Source of the DNA: Thermodesulfobacteriota bacterium
GTDB taxonomy: Bacteria > Desulfobacterota > WTBG01 > JAGOGO01
NCBI GenBank assembly: GCA_026625185.1
Contig: CP113000.1
Coordinates: forward strand, 2,922,651 to 2,954,650
Length of the DNA stretch: 32,000 nt
Reading direction: 5' to 3'
Positions 9,020 through 17,598 of this stretch are shown here, piece by piece. The stretch's first letter is position 1, and the number at the start of each line of letters is the position of its first letter. The position numbers were made by a program, and so were the translations under genes. Under the pieces are notes generated by a model. The model did no database searches, was not told the DNA's origin, and worked only from the letters and a program-made list of their open reading frames with translations.

Positions 9020-10087
9020 ATGAAAGCGGTTATCTTGCACGATCGCATACCCCTAAATGCAAATTTTGATCACCAGGATGTTTTATATCAGTCAGAAGCG
9101 ATTGCCAATCTTCTCAAAGAGTTAAGGTATGACCCGGTAGAAATAAGCGTATCCCTTAACCTTAAGGAACTTATCGAAGCTTTAACGGCCATTAACCCTT
9201 CTATAGTTTTTAACTTAGTTGAATCAATTGAAGGTCAGGGTCGCCTTATTCATCTTATTCCATCAATCCTTGATTATCTCAAACTGACTTATACTGGTTC
9301 AAAAACAGAACCCCTTTTCTTAACGTCAAACAAAATCATTGCTAAAAAGCTTCTTATCAAAGCGGGTATTTTAACCAGTTCTGCACTTTCGCTCGAGGAA
9401 CTCAAATACAATAAAAATGTAAAAGTGAATGGCTTATATATTATTAAATCTGTCTGGGAACACGCCTCACAAGGTATTGATGAAAACTCAGTAATCACCG
9501 TAAAAGACAAGGATCACCTTATAAAAGCACTCCGGTCTAAAGAAAATCAACTCGGGGGCGAATGTATCGCTGAACAATACATTGAAGGCCGGGAATTTAA
9601 CCTCTCTCTTTTAGCGTCACCAAAAGGGCCAGAAGTTCTTCCACCGGGTGAGATTATATTCGAAGATTATCCTCAGGAAAAAATAAAAATAGTATGTTAC
9701 CGTGCAAAATGGGTCGAAGGCTCATTTGAATATCTCCACACGCCTCGAACCTTTGAATTTTCTTCTCTTCAAGATCATGCCTTACTTCGCCGACTTAAAA
9801 AAATTGCAAAAAAATGCTGGAATCTTTTTGACTTGCATGGTTATGCCCGGGTAGATTTTCGAGTGGATAAATTCGATAACCCCTTTGTCTTGGAAGTAAA
9901 CGCCAATCCGTGCATTTCACCTGATTCTGGTTTTGTTGCTGCAGCAGCGCAAACCGGAATAAGCATGAAACGCGTGATTGAAAGAATAATCAGCGATGCA
10001 TTCCAGCCGGCTTATTCCGGATTGAGTTATAAAATCTCGCCCAAGCTAAGGGAGCAGTGCCCATCTTTTTTTGTACCTTTAACTTGA
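9020..10087 (+). CDS. Second ATP-grasp ligase, D-alanine--D-alanine ligase-like family (paralogous architecture, substrate unknown)
   Basis: 355 aa. VFNLVESIEGQGRLIHLIPSILDYLKLTYTGS; YIIKSVWEHASQGI; AEQYIEGREFNLSLL; GYARVDFRVDKFDNPFVLEVNANP. Starts 8 nt after the previous stop. Confidence 0.8.
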   Translation: MKAVILHDRIPLNANFDHQDVLYQSEAIANLLKELRYDPVEISVSLNLKELIEALTAINPSIVFNLVESIEGQGRLIHLIPSILDYLKLTYTGSKTEPLFLTSNKIIAKKLLIKAGILTSSALSLEELKYNKNVKVNGLYIIKSVWEHASQGIDENSVITVKDKDHLIKALRSKENQLGGECIAEQYIEGREFNLSLLASPKGPEVLPPGEIIFEDYPQEKIKIVCYRAKWVEGSFEYLHTPRTFEFSSLQDHALLRRLKKIAKKCWNLFDLHGYARVDFRVDKFDNPFVLEVNANPCISPDSGFVAAAAQTGISMKRVIERIISDAFQPAYSGLSYKISPKLREQCPSFFVPLT

Positions 10088-10141
10088 AGGATTCACGACA
10101 CCTTATCGCAAACATTTCATCCTCGCAGGAGAAAAATAATC

Positions 10142-10678
10142 ATGCAATTGGCCGACTATGAAGAGTATCGTATAAAATCACAATCAAATATTATCATTCG
10201 CCCGATCCTTGCCTGCGATAAGGAAAAACTTTTTCATCTCGTAAAACAACGGGGCACATTTAATGAAAAGGAAATCGAAATTGCCATAGAAGTCATTGAG
10301 GATACCCTTACATTCCCCGAAAAAAAAGAATATTATACTTTTTGCGCGCTTGAGGACAATGGAGATATTGCTGGATTTATCTGTTTTGGCCCCATCCCCA
10401 TGACCGACAGATGTTACGACCTTTATTGGATTGCGGTAGACGAAAAATTTTCCCGCAATGGCATTGGTAAAAAACTCCTTGAAGCTATGGAAAATTTTGT
10501 GGTTAAAGAAAAAGCACGTCGTATCTATATCGACACCTCTTCTACTGCTCCGTATACACCTGCAAGAACTTTTTATGAAAACCATGGGTTTCGTTTAGTT
10601 ACAGTGCTCCTAGATTTTTATCGGCTCGGTGATGACAAGATCATCTTAATGAAAGAATTAACAAGTAATGAGATGTAA
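10142..10678 (+). CDS. GNAT-family N-acyltransferase
   Basis: 178 aa. GNAT motif A region YWIAVDEKFSRNGIGKKLLEAME and C-terminal FYENHGF. SD aggag lies 9 nt upstream. Confidence 0.8.
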   Translation: MQLADYEEYRIKSQSNIIIRPILACDKEKLFHLVKQRGTFNEKEIEIAIEVIEDTLTFPEKKEYYTFCALEDNGDIAGFICFGPIPMTDRCYDLYWIAVDEKFSRNGIGKKLLEAMENFVVKEKARRIYIDTSSTAPYTPARTFYENHGFRLVTVLLDFYRLGDDKIILMKELTSNEM

Positions 10679-10712
10679 AATGAAAAATGCTTTTTTAATA
10701 AAAGGAGATAAA

Positions 10713-11399
10713 GTGAAAATCAATTTTTTCTCTATTTTAATAGCATTGTTATGCTGTTTTTTATTTTCGGTCACTTGTTTTGCGGGAAAACTCGAAACCC
10801 GCGTGGAAAATTCCATTGATGTTTTAAATGAAATCATGGCCATTCCTGAAAAAGGCATCCCGATTGATCTTTTGAAACGTTGCCGGGCGGTTGCCATCTT
10901 TCCCAGTGTGTTAAAAGGAGCTTTTATTTTCGGCGCTCAAGGCGGAAAAGGAATTATCTGTTCTCATGATCCTCAAACCGGACAGTGGAGTCCTCCGGCC
11001 TTTTTTACTATTGGTGCGGGGAGTTGGGGTTTGCAAATCGGTGGTCAATCAACTGATATACTGCTGGTCATCATGACTAAACGAGGTTTAGACAGCCTTT
11101 TGACCACAAAAGTAAAGCTTGGTGGTGATATAGGGGTTGCGGCTGGCCCAGTGGGTCGAAGAGCCGAAGCCGGGGTTGATCTTCTTCTCCGTGCTGAAAT
11201 TTTATCCTACTCACGAAGTAAAGGGTTGTTTGCGGGACTTTCCTTGGAAGGTGCTACCATTTTTCAAAATCCGGATGCAAACCGGGCTTTTTACGGAAAA
11301 GAACTTTCCGGCCGAGATATCCTGATTGATAAAAAGATTAAACCTACCCCTGACGGTAAAAAATTGATAAATACTTTGGAAAAATATTCTTCACATTAA
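10713..11399 (+). CDS. SYLF (Ysc84/DUF500) domain protein with signal peptide
   Basis: Core GAQGGKGIICSHD...WSPPAFFTIGAGSWGLQIGGQSTDILLVIM...KLGGDIGVAAGPVGR. The track start is 10668. I prefer the GTG at 10713 because it follows a strong SD (aaaggagataaaGTG) and yields the signal peptide MKINFFSILIALLCCFLFSVTCFA. Confidence 0.75.
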   Translation: MKINFFSILIALLCCFLFSVTCFAGKLETRVENSIDVLNEIMAIPEKGIPIDLLKRCRAVAIFPSVLKGAFIFGAQGGKGIICSHDPQTGQWSPPAFFTIGAGSWGLQIGGQSTDILLVIMTKRGLDSLLTTKVKLGGDIGVAAGPVGRRAEAGVDLLLRAEILSYSRSKGLFAGLSLEGATIFQNPDANRAFYGKELSGRDILIDKKIKPTPDGKKLINTLEKYSSH

Positions 11400-11606
11400 A
11401 CTCCGTCAGAATAATTTCATACGGGGCATTTTTAACGGGTTAAATAGTCTAAGAAAATTTCTCGCCTTCCGATGCAGGAGGGAAAGAAAAAGATTTTTTT
11501 CTCTCTTGACTCTCTCAATCACCGGATCTTCCTACGCGATAGTAGAAAAATCCTCGGGACAAAAAAGCTTTTGCAACCAAGCAAATATTGTTATAATCCT
11601 TTTGCT

Positions 11607-12335
11607 ATGGATGACATCAAAAATAAACCCACATCCGCATTACGCCCGGTAAAGAAACAGTGCCCATCCTGTGGAACATCAGAAATTCTTGGCCGGAGAC
11701 GGTATTGTTCTCAAGAATGCCGGCAACAACTTTTTCGCCGGCTACATATCTTATCAGGCCTTCTGCGGGCTTTAGGGACTCGGCATGCGACCTTTTCTTT
11801 TACTGAATCTTCTTTGGTCTTAGATATTAAACCGCAATGGTCCAAAAAGGTTTACCGTTTTATGCATCAGCGTTCCCATAAACAAAAGCCATCCCAAGCG
11901 CTCTACCATTTGACGGATGAATTAAGCAGTGTTTGGTGGGATAAAAAGAATCGGACCGGCAAAAGATATCAGGCGTGCCAGGAGGTGTTGAATATGGCCA
12001 GAAAAAATACTATCGCTCCTGATGCGGTCATTCCTCTTGAAGTTAAAATCCCAACGCGGGTAAAGAAATTTTTGGCTTCTTTGAAATTAACTCATAAAGA
12101 CTTACGATCAAGCCGTGCTTATCAAACCGTAAAATCTGCCTATCGAAAGCAAGCCCTTAATCATCACCCTGACCGCGGGGGAAATTCAGCGGCGTTCAGG
12201 AAAATCAATGCCGATTATCAAGAACTTATAAGCTGGCTAAAATCACCGGTATTGCAAATTCATCATGGTATTCCGGGCAAATGGTATTTTGACGGAAAGA
12301 AATGGAAAACCCCACTTTCTTTTTTTGTTCACTAA
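11607..12335 (+). CDS. J-domain (DnaJ-like) protein with N-terminal zinc-ribbon motif
   Basis: C-terminal J domain AYRKQALNHHPDRGGNSAAFRKINADYQEL (HPD motif). N-terminal CPSCG...CSQEC. The track ORF starts at 11472. A promoter-like TTGCAA...TGTTATAAT (11571-11597) inside that extension suggests the in-frame ATG at 11607 is the start. Confidence 0.6.
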   Translation: MDDIKNKPTSALRPVKKQCPSCGTSEILGRRRYCSQECRQQLFRRLHILSGLLRALGTRHATFSFTESSLVLDIKPQWSKKVYRFMHQRSHKQKPSQALYHLTDELSSVWWDKKNRTGKRYQACQEVLNMARKNTIAPDAVIPLEVKIPTRVKKFLASLKLTHKDLRSSRAYQTVKSAYRKQALNHHPDRGGNSAAFRKINADYQELISWLKSPVLQIHHGIPGKWYFDGKKWKTPLSFFVH

Positions 12336-12392
12336 ACAGGTGAGCCGAACCAGCAAAAAACATATAGGTCCCTTACCCTATGGGAGGCATAA

Positions 12393-13787
12393 ATGGCACA
12401 ATTGACATTCTTAGGCGCAACCGGAACCGTTACCGGATCACGTTTTCTTTTAGATTCTGAAAAAAGAAAACTACTCGTTGACTGTGGTTTATTCCAGGGT
12501 TTAAAACAAGATCGACTGAAAAATTGGGAGCCCTTCCCAATCCCCCAGGTAAAAATTGACCGCGTCCTGTTGACACATGCCCATTTAGACCACAGTGGTT
12601 ATTTACCTCGTTTTATCAAGCAAGGCTTTACCGGGAAAGTTCATAGTACCTGGTCTACCTTTGATCTTTGCAGGATTATGCTCCGGGACAGCGGCCACCT
12701 CCAGGAAGAAGATGCCTACTGGGCAAATAAAAAGAAGTTCTCAAAACACGAGCCGGCGCTTCCTTTGTATACCGTAAAGGATGCGGAAAATTCTCTAAAA
12801 TATTTTGACCCGGTTTTTTATGGACAAGACCTCTTGGTTGCCGATTCTCTTCGGGTAAAGTTCAGGGATGCCGGACATATCTTGGGTTCCTCCTTTATTG
12901 ATATTAAGAATACCTCCAATAATAGAATACGGAAAATTTTATTTACCGGCGACCTTGGTCGCCCCTCTCGCCCTATTCTGAGAGATCCGGTCCAGGTATT
13001 TGAGGTGGATTATCTTATTCTTGAATCTACCTATGGTGACCGGCTCCATGATTCCAAACCACCAGAGGAAGAATTAGCCCGGGTAATCAATGAAAGCGTG
13101 AAAAGGGGAGGATCTTTGGTTATCCCCTCCTTTGCCGTGGGCCGCACCCAAGAGTTATTATTCTGCATTCGAGAATTGGAAGAAGAGGGTAAAATCCCCT
13201 CCCTCCCGGTTTTTGTCGACTCCCCAATGGCAATAGATGCCACCATGGTCTTTGAAAAAAGAAAAGGAGATTATGACATTGAGTCCAAGGTTTTGGAACT
13301 TGAAGGAAAAAATGTCCTGAAGACGCGACAGATTAAATTTTGCCGCTCCACCGAAGAGTCAAAACAGCTTGATGAACAAAAAATCTCTGGAATTATTATC
13401 TCGGCAAGCGGGATGGTAGAAGGAGGCCGCATTCTTCATCATCTTGCCCACCGGCTTCCGAATCCCCAACATACGGTATTGTTTATTGGATTCCAGGCGG
13501 CAGGAACACGCGGTCACACTATATTGGAAGGAAAACCCATGGTAAAAATTCATGGGCAACAAATCCCGATCCGCGCTAAAATCGAAAACATTTCGGGTTT
13601 TTCTGCCCACGCTGATTATAATGAAATCCTTGCCTGGCTTATGGGATTTAACCGGCCTCCTTTAAAAACTTTCATTGTTCACGGAGAACCAGAGGCCGCA
13701 GAAGCTCTGTCTGAAAAAATTAAGCGCAAATTTGGCTGGGACGTCGTTATCCCAAAATTTAAGGAAACCTTTGAAATCGATTTTTAA
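12393..13787 (+). CDS. MBL-fold metallo-hydrolase with beta-CASP domain (CPSF/RNase J-like RNA-metabolising nuclease)
   Basis: 464 aa. HxHxDH motif LTHAHLDHSGYLP, then FRDAGHILGS, ILESTYGDR and a C-terminal SGFSAHADYNEIL. SD gggagg upstream. Confidence 0.85.
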   Translation: MAQLTFLGATGTVTGSRFLLDSEKRKLLVDCGLFQGLKQDRLKNWEPFPIPQVKIDRVLLTHAHLDHSGYLPRFIKQGFTGKVHSTWSTFDLCRIMLRDSGHLQEEDAYWANKKKFSKHEPALPLYTVKDAENSLKYFDPVFYGQDLLVADSLRVKFRDAGHILGSSFIDIKNTSNNRIRKILFTGDLGRPSRPILRDPVQVFEVDYLILESTYGDRLHDSKPPEEELARVINESVKRGGSLVIPSFAVGRTQELLFCIRELEEEGKIPSLPVFVDSPMAIDATMVFEKRKGDYDIESKVLELEGKNVLKTRQIKFCRSTEESKQLDEQKISGIIISASGMVEGGRILHHLAHRLPNPQHTVLFIGFQAAGTRGHTILEGKPMVKIHGQQIPIRAKIENISGFSAHADYNEILAWLMGFNRPPLKTFIVHGEPEAAEALSEKIKRKFGWDVVIPKFKETFEIDF

Positions 13788-13811
13788 TTTTTTTTTAAGG
13801 AAGGTGCCATC

Positions 13812-14471
13812 ATGACTTCCGAAAAGCAATATCTCATTGATGTAATGACGGTTAAAGATACCTGGCGGCTGTTTAAAGTCTTGGCTGAATTGGTTGATGG
13901 ATTTGAAACTTTATCCGAATTTTATCCCTGCATTTCTATTTTTGGCTCTGCCCGCGTCCACCCGGGAGATGAAACCTATGAAAAAACCTTCATCATCGCT
14001 CGAGAGTTAGCAAAGCATGGTTATCATATCATTACCGGTGGCGGCCCAGGAATCATGGAAGCAGGCAACAAAGGAGCTCGGGCAGGAGACGCGAAATCAA
14101 TCGGATTAAACATCCACCTACCTCTTGAACAAAAACCAAACATCTATTCCAATATTAAACTGGAGTTCAGGTACTTTTTTGTCCGTAAGCTCATGTTTGT
14201 CAAATATGCTCAGGCCTATATTGGCATGCCAGGAGGTTTTGGCACGCTGGACGAGATTTTTGAAGCATTGACCCTCATACAAACGAAACGTATAAAACCA
14301 TTTCCGGTAATTCTGGTCGGGTCTGATTATTGGAACGGCCTTTTGGAGTGGATCAAATCCACCCTTTTGACCAGGAAATTGATTTCTCCCGAGGACCTAG
14401 AATTAATCACAATACTTGACAATCCGGAAGATGTCGTAAAAACCATTAGGGAAAGAATCGGCGTCTTATAA
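13812..14471 (+). CDS. LOG-family / TIGR00730 Rossmann protein (nucleotide 5'-monophosphate nucleosidase type)
   Basis: 219 aa with the two family signatures GGGPGIMEAGNKGA and PGGFGTLDEIFEALTLIQT. Confidence 0.85.
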   Translation: MTSEKQYLIDVMTVKDTWRLFKVLAELVDGFETLSEFYPCISIFGSARVHPGDETYEKTFIIARELAKHGYHIITGGGPGIMEAGNKGARAGDAKSIGLNIHLPLEQKPNIYSNIKLEFRYFFVRKLMFVKYAQAYIGMPGGFGTLDEIFEALTLIQTKRIKPFPVILVGSDYWNGLLEWIKSTLLTRKLISPEDLELITILDNPEDVVKTIRERIGVL

Positions 14472-14495
14472 CTTGAGAACTTTACAAAAATATTT

Positions 14496-14625
14496 TTGGG
14501 TCACCCTGAACTCGTTTCCGGGCCTCGGAACATTGTGATTTATTCCCTGCCTGTCGCAGTCAGGGATGACCTGCAGATTCTGAGCCCCGTTCAGAATGAC
14601 ACGTTCAGGGTTCAGTATGACATTA
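14496..14625. repeat. REP-like intergenic cluster of imperfect hairpins between convergent genes
   Basis: caccctgaac (about 14500) is inverted against gttcagggt (about 14604). Local hairpin tccctg...caggga at about 14545-14567. A second gttcagaatgaca unit follows. Sequences of the tgtcattctgaac type recur as intergenic repeats in many bacteria (recollection, not searched). Confidence 0.4.
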
Positions 14626-14818
14626 CACATTATTTTATGACTTTTACAAAAGTCTCAACTGATCTCTGGGGTAGAGACAAAACTAAGGGAAGAAAAAAGC
14701 TTGTCCTTTGTCAGGATATCCCATTTGTTTTGTTGGCACAGGCAACTACCTCCGTCCTCGCTAAGCATTAAGCTGCCTGTACCAAGCCCTCTTCACACAC
14801 CTCTGAGTATTTTTCTTC

Positions 14819-15658
14819 CTATTTACCGGGGATGTTTACCACCGGCAAGGGCATTCCTCCCCCGACATATTGCGGATAATGGCCGTCCCACTTTTCTAAC
14901 AATCTAAGTTGAATGACCTGGGGGTTTTCTTTGATGGCTTGAGATTCCAATTTTAGCGCTTCGGCTTTCCCTTTTGCCTCCGCTATCCTTTGTTCGGCTT
15001 CAAATTTAATTTGTTCTAATTTGTTTTTAGCTGTTAAAGCTTGTTGCTCAGCAGTAACTTTGGCTTCGATCGCATCGTTAAATACTTTGGAAAAATTAAA
15101 ATCCACCATATTAAATTCATCAATCACAATGCCATGGGGCTTTAACTTTTGATATAATAAAGTTTTTATTTGGTCCCTTACTGTTTCCCTTTGAGTAATA
15201 AGTTGTTCAGCGGTAAATTTAGCGATAACCGCCTTCATTGATTCCTGGACAATAGGATCAATTATTCTCTCTTTAAAATTTACACCTACTTCCTGGTAAA
15301 CATTTGCAACCAAATTGGGATTTAAATGAAAATTAAGAGCAATGACCGAACTTATTTGCTGTAGATCTTTTGAGGAAGCTGCTGCTTCCACCTGATCCTT
15401 CTGGATTTTAATATCCATTTTTACAACCTTTTCCATAACCGGAATTCGAAAAAACAAACCTTCATCATAAATTTTTCCGGTAACCGCGTTCCATCGCAAA
15501 AGAACCCCTCGTTCGCCGGCCCCAACCGTTCCAAAAGGAAGCTGACGGATGATAATAACGATTATCACGAAGGCGATTATTCCATAAATTAGGTTTTTCA
15601 TTCCCTTCATTGACTGTTGATACTTTTTAGCCCAGTCTTCTGGTGAAGAATACTGCAT
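14819..15658 (-). CDS. SPFH/Band-7 (prohibitin/HflC-like) membrane protein
   Basis: 279 aa. N-terminal TM LIYGIIAFVIIVIIIRQL, SPFH core, Ala/Glu-rich coiled coil AEQQALTAKNKLEQIKFEAEQRIAEAKGKAEA. SD aggagga upstream. Confidence 0.85.
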   Translation of the reverse strand: MQYSSPEDWAKKYQQSMKGMKNLIYGIIAFVIIVIIIRQLPFGTVGAGERGVLLRWNAVTGKIYDEGLFFRIPVMEKVVKMDIKIQKDQVEAAASSKDLQQISSVIALNFHLNPNLVANVYQEVGVNFKERIIDPIVQESMKAVIAKFTAEQLITQRETVRDQIKTLLYQKLKPHGIVIDEFNMVDFNFSKVFNDAIEAKVTAEQQALTAKNKLEQIKFEAEQRIAEAKGKAEALKLESQAIKENPQVIQLRLLEKWDGHYPQYVGGGMPLPVVNIPGK

Positions 15659-15847
15659 GACGTTCCTCCTCTTGCATATAGTTATTATATTATTTTTTAT
15701 CCTTTAAAACCATAACGTCCTGTCCGGAGATTACGTGAACGAATGATGGTCGAAAAAGAAATAAACACCTTGGAATTGTGGAAGTCTATATCCACAAAAC
15801 TCCATGCCTAAAAATAAAAGTGGTGTCTTTGTGCTCTGACCGCACTC

Positions 15848-15972
15848 ATACCAAGTCGCCTTCATTTGTATATCTTTGTTGGCTCCTCGTCATACTCCTC
15901 GACGTACTAAAATGTACGCCTGCGTCGATTCCACGTAGCCGCCTCGATCTACTTTTGAATCCAACTTGGTAT
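15848..15972 (+). repeat. Copy A of a 125-bp element with terminal inverted repeats (ATACCAAGT...ACTTGGTAT); MITE-like
   Basis: By hand alignment, about 113 of 125 positions are identical to the reverse complement of 23077-23201. The termini are perfect 9-nt inverted repeats. It abuts the stop codon of the 131-aa ORF. Confidence 0.75.
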
Positions 15973-16367
15973 CAAAGCAGTTTTATATTTTTTGCCGCTG
16001 TTTTTACGACAAAAATTCGTCCGTTATTACTTTGCGGATCTGCCGGGGTCATAAAAAATCCCTGTCGGTCGGGTGAATACCCTAAGGTTTGACCGATTAT
16101 AACCTCATTATCATAAAACTCAACCCTTATCTTTCGGCCCGCTCCGGTCGTGGAAATGTCATAGTGATCAGGGCGAGATTTGTTTCCCACCAAATCCTTA
16201 ACAAAAAATATCGCCTTCAACTGGTCCACGTCAATTGCTTCAGTCTTTCCCTCGACATCAATTAAATGAAATTGGGTTTTGTTGGGAAAAAAATCACTGG
16301 TTGTCCCCTTCATGATTGTCTCGTTCTTAAAATGCACTACGATTTTGTTTATTATTGCGGTTTCCAT
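15972..16367 (-). CDS. Hypothetical protein (131 aa), two similar beta-rich halves
   Basis: The ORF shows an internal duplication-like pattern: KIVVHFKNETIMKGTTSDFFP versus KIRVEFYDNEVIIGQTLGYSP. No family is confidently recognised. Confidence 0.55.
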   Translation of the reverse strand: METAIINKIVVHFKNETIMKGTTSDFFPNKTQFHLIDVEGKTEAIDVDQLKAIFFVKDLVGNKSRPDHYDISTTGAGRKIRVEFYDNEVIIGQTLGYSPDRQGFFMTPADPQSNNGRIFVVKTAAKNIKLL

Positions 16368-16470
16368 GGACCCTCATCCTTAAAATGAATCTTTCTTGTT
16401 GATCGCCATACCATAGCTGGCCTGGCTGCATAGAAAACCGAAAACAGGTTGATTCACCCAAAATACCTAT

Positions 16471-17232
16471 TTAAACAGCATTTGCCCTTTGCCCGCAAAC
16501 CAAACAATTGGGGTCCTTGGCAACTTCGATACGGTAAAAATCGGTATCATTTCCATTCCATATTAAAAGGAACCCCTTGAGGTTTGATCCGATTCCAATT
16601 AAATATTTTAAAACTTCATTTCCCTCTAAACAACCTATAATACCGGGCGTTACTCCAATGACCGGAAAAATTTTTGATGTAGGAGCCTCAGGTATGATGC
16701 ACCGGAGGCACGGGGTATGAGGGGGGTGAATAAAGGTAAGTTGACCCGTGAGTCCTTCGATACCGGCATGGACAAGAGGTAATTTTTTTCTTACCGCATA
16801 TTCATTGAGGATATAACGGGTCTCAAAGTTATCCAAACAATCAACAATAATATCGGCGTTTCCTGCCAGCCTATCAATAGTGTCCCGAGAAATCGTTTCG
16901 GAAAAACAATCAATCTCAAGGTGAGGATTAAGTTTTTTAAGATTTTTTTGGGCAGAAACAACTTTTAGCTGGTGAAGATCTTCGTCAGTATATAGAATCT
17001 GGCGGTTAAGATTGGACCGCTCAACCGTGCCGTTATCACAAATCCTAAGCCTCCCCACCCCCGCAACAGCTAAGTAAATCGAAACCGGAGCCCCCAATCC
17101 TCCTGCTCCGGCAATAAACACGGTTGCCTGCCTAACCTTTTGTTGTCCTTCAACCCCCCAGTCCTGATAAATGATTTGCCGGTTATAGCGGTTTAATTCT
17201 TCAGGAGAAAACTTTATTTCTGTGTAGTCCAC
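16471..17232 (-). CDS. ThiF/MoeB/HesA-family adenylyltransferase (E1-like)
   Basis: 253 aa, GTG start. RYNRQI; nucleotide loop IAGAGGLGAPV; SNLNRQ; Zn-type CxxC pairs CLRC and CLVC. Confidence 0.85.
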   Translation of the reverse strand: MDYTEIKFSPEELNRYNRQIIYQDWGVEGQQKVRQATVFIAGAGGLGAPVSIYLAVAGVGRLRICDNGTVERSNLNRQILYTDEDLHQLKVVSAQKNLKKLNPHLEIDCFSETISRDTIDRLAGNADIIVDCLDNFETRYILNEYAVRKKLPLVHAGIEGLTGQLTFIHPPHTPCLRCIIPEAPTSKIFPVIGVTPGIIGCLEGNEVLKYLIGIGSNLKGFLLIWNGNDTDFYRIEVAKDPNCLVCGQRANAV

Positions 17233-17598
17233 TTTGCGATCCTTATTTCTAAATTTTTTTTTACCACGTTAGAAAACTGGCTATATCCCATAAGTCGGTT
17301 GCTGAACGCTGGGGGCAAACAACCGCATGGGGGAGGAAAATCAGAATTTTGAATCACGAAATTCGAGAAAAATTCTAAACTCGAATATTCCAATATTCAA
17401 GTCATCCAACCGGTTCTCCTTGATCGCTTTCGTCAAAGTCGGTTTTGGTTATTTGAATTTGATGTTTTGGTTATGGTTGCGTATTTCGGATTTAGAATTT
17501 CGAATTTACCCCTTACTGAATCAAAAAAAATCCCCCTTGTGCCGACAGTCACATTTATAGGTAAAAATCAGTTTAGAAAATCCCGGTGTGAAGGCCTT

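Noticed and set aside
14733-14750. TGGCAC hexamer (ttggcacaggcaactacc) as a sigma-54 -24 box
   Set aside because: There is no GC dinucleotide at the -12 position, and it sits between convergent gene ends.
14496-14907. ORFs 14496-14771 and 14701-14907 in the LOG/prohibitin intergenic region
   Set aside because: The non-ATG-start translations run across REP-like hairpin repeats, and the second overlaps the prohibitin 3' end. I recognise no motifs.
15778-16092. 104-aa plus-strand ORF
   Set aside because: It runs straight through the 125-bp repeat element and antisense into the 131-aa minus-strand gene. There is no SD and the composition is implausible.
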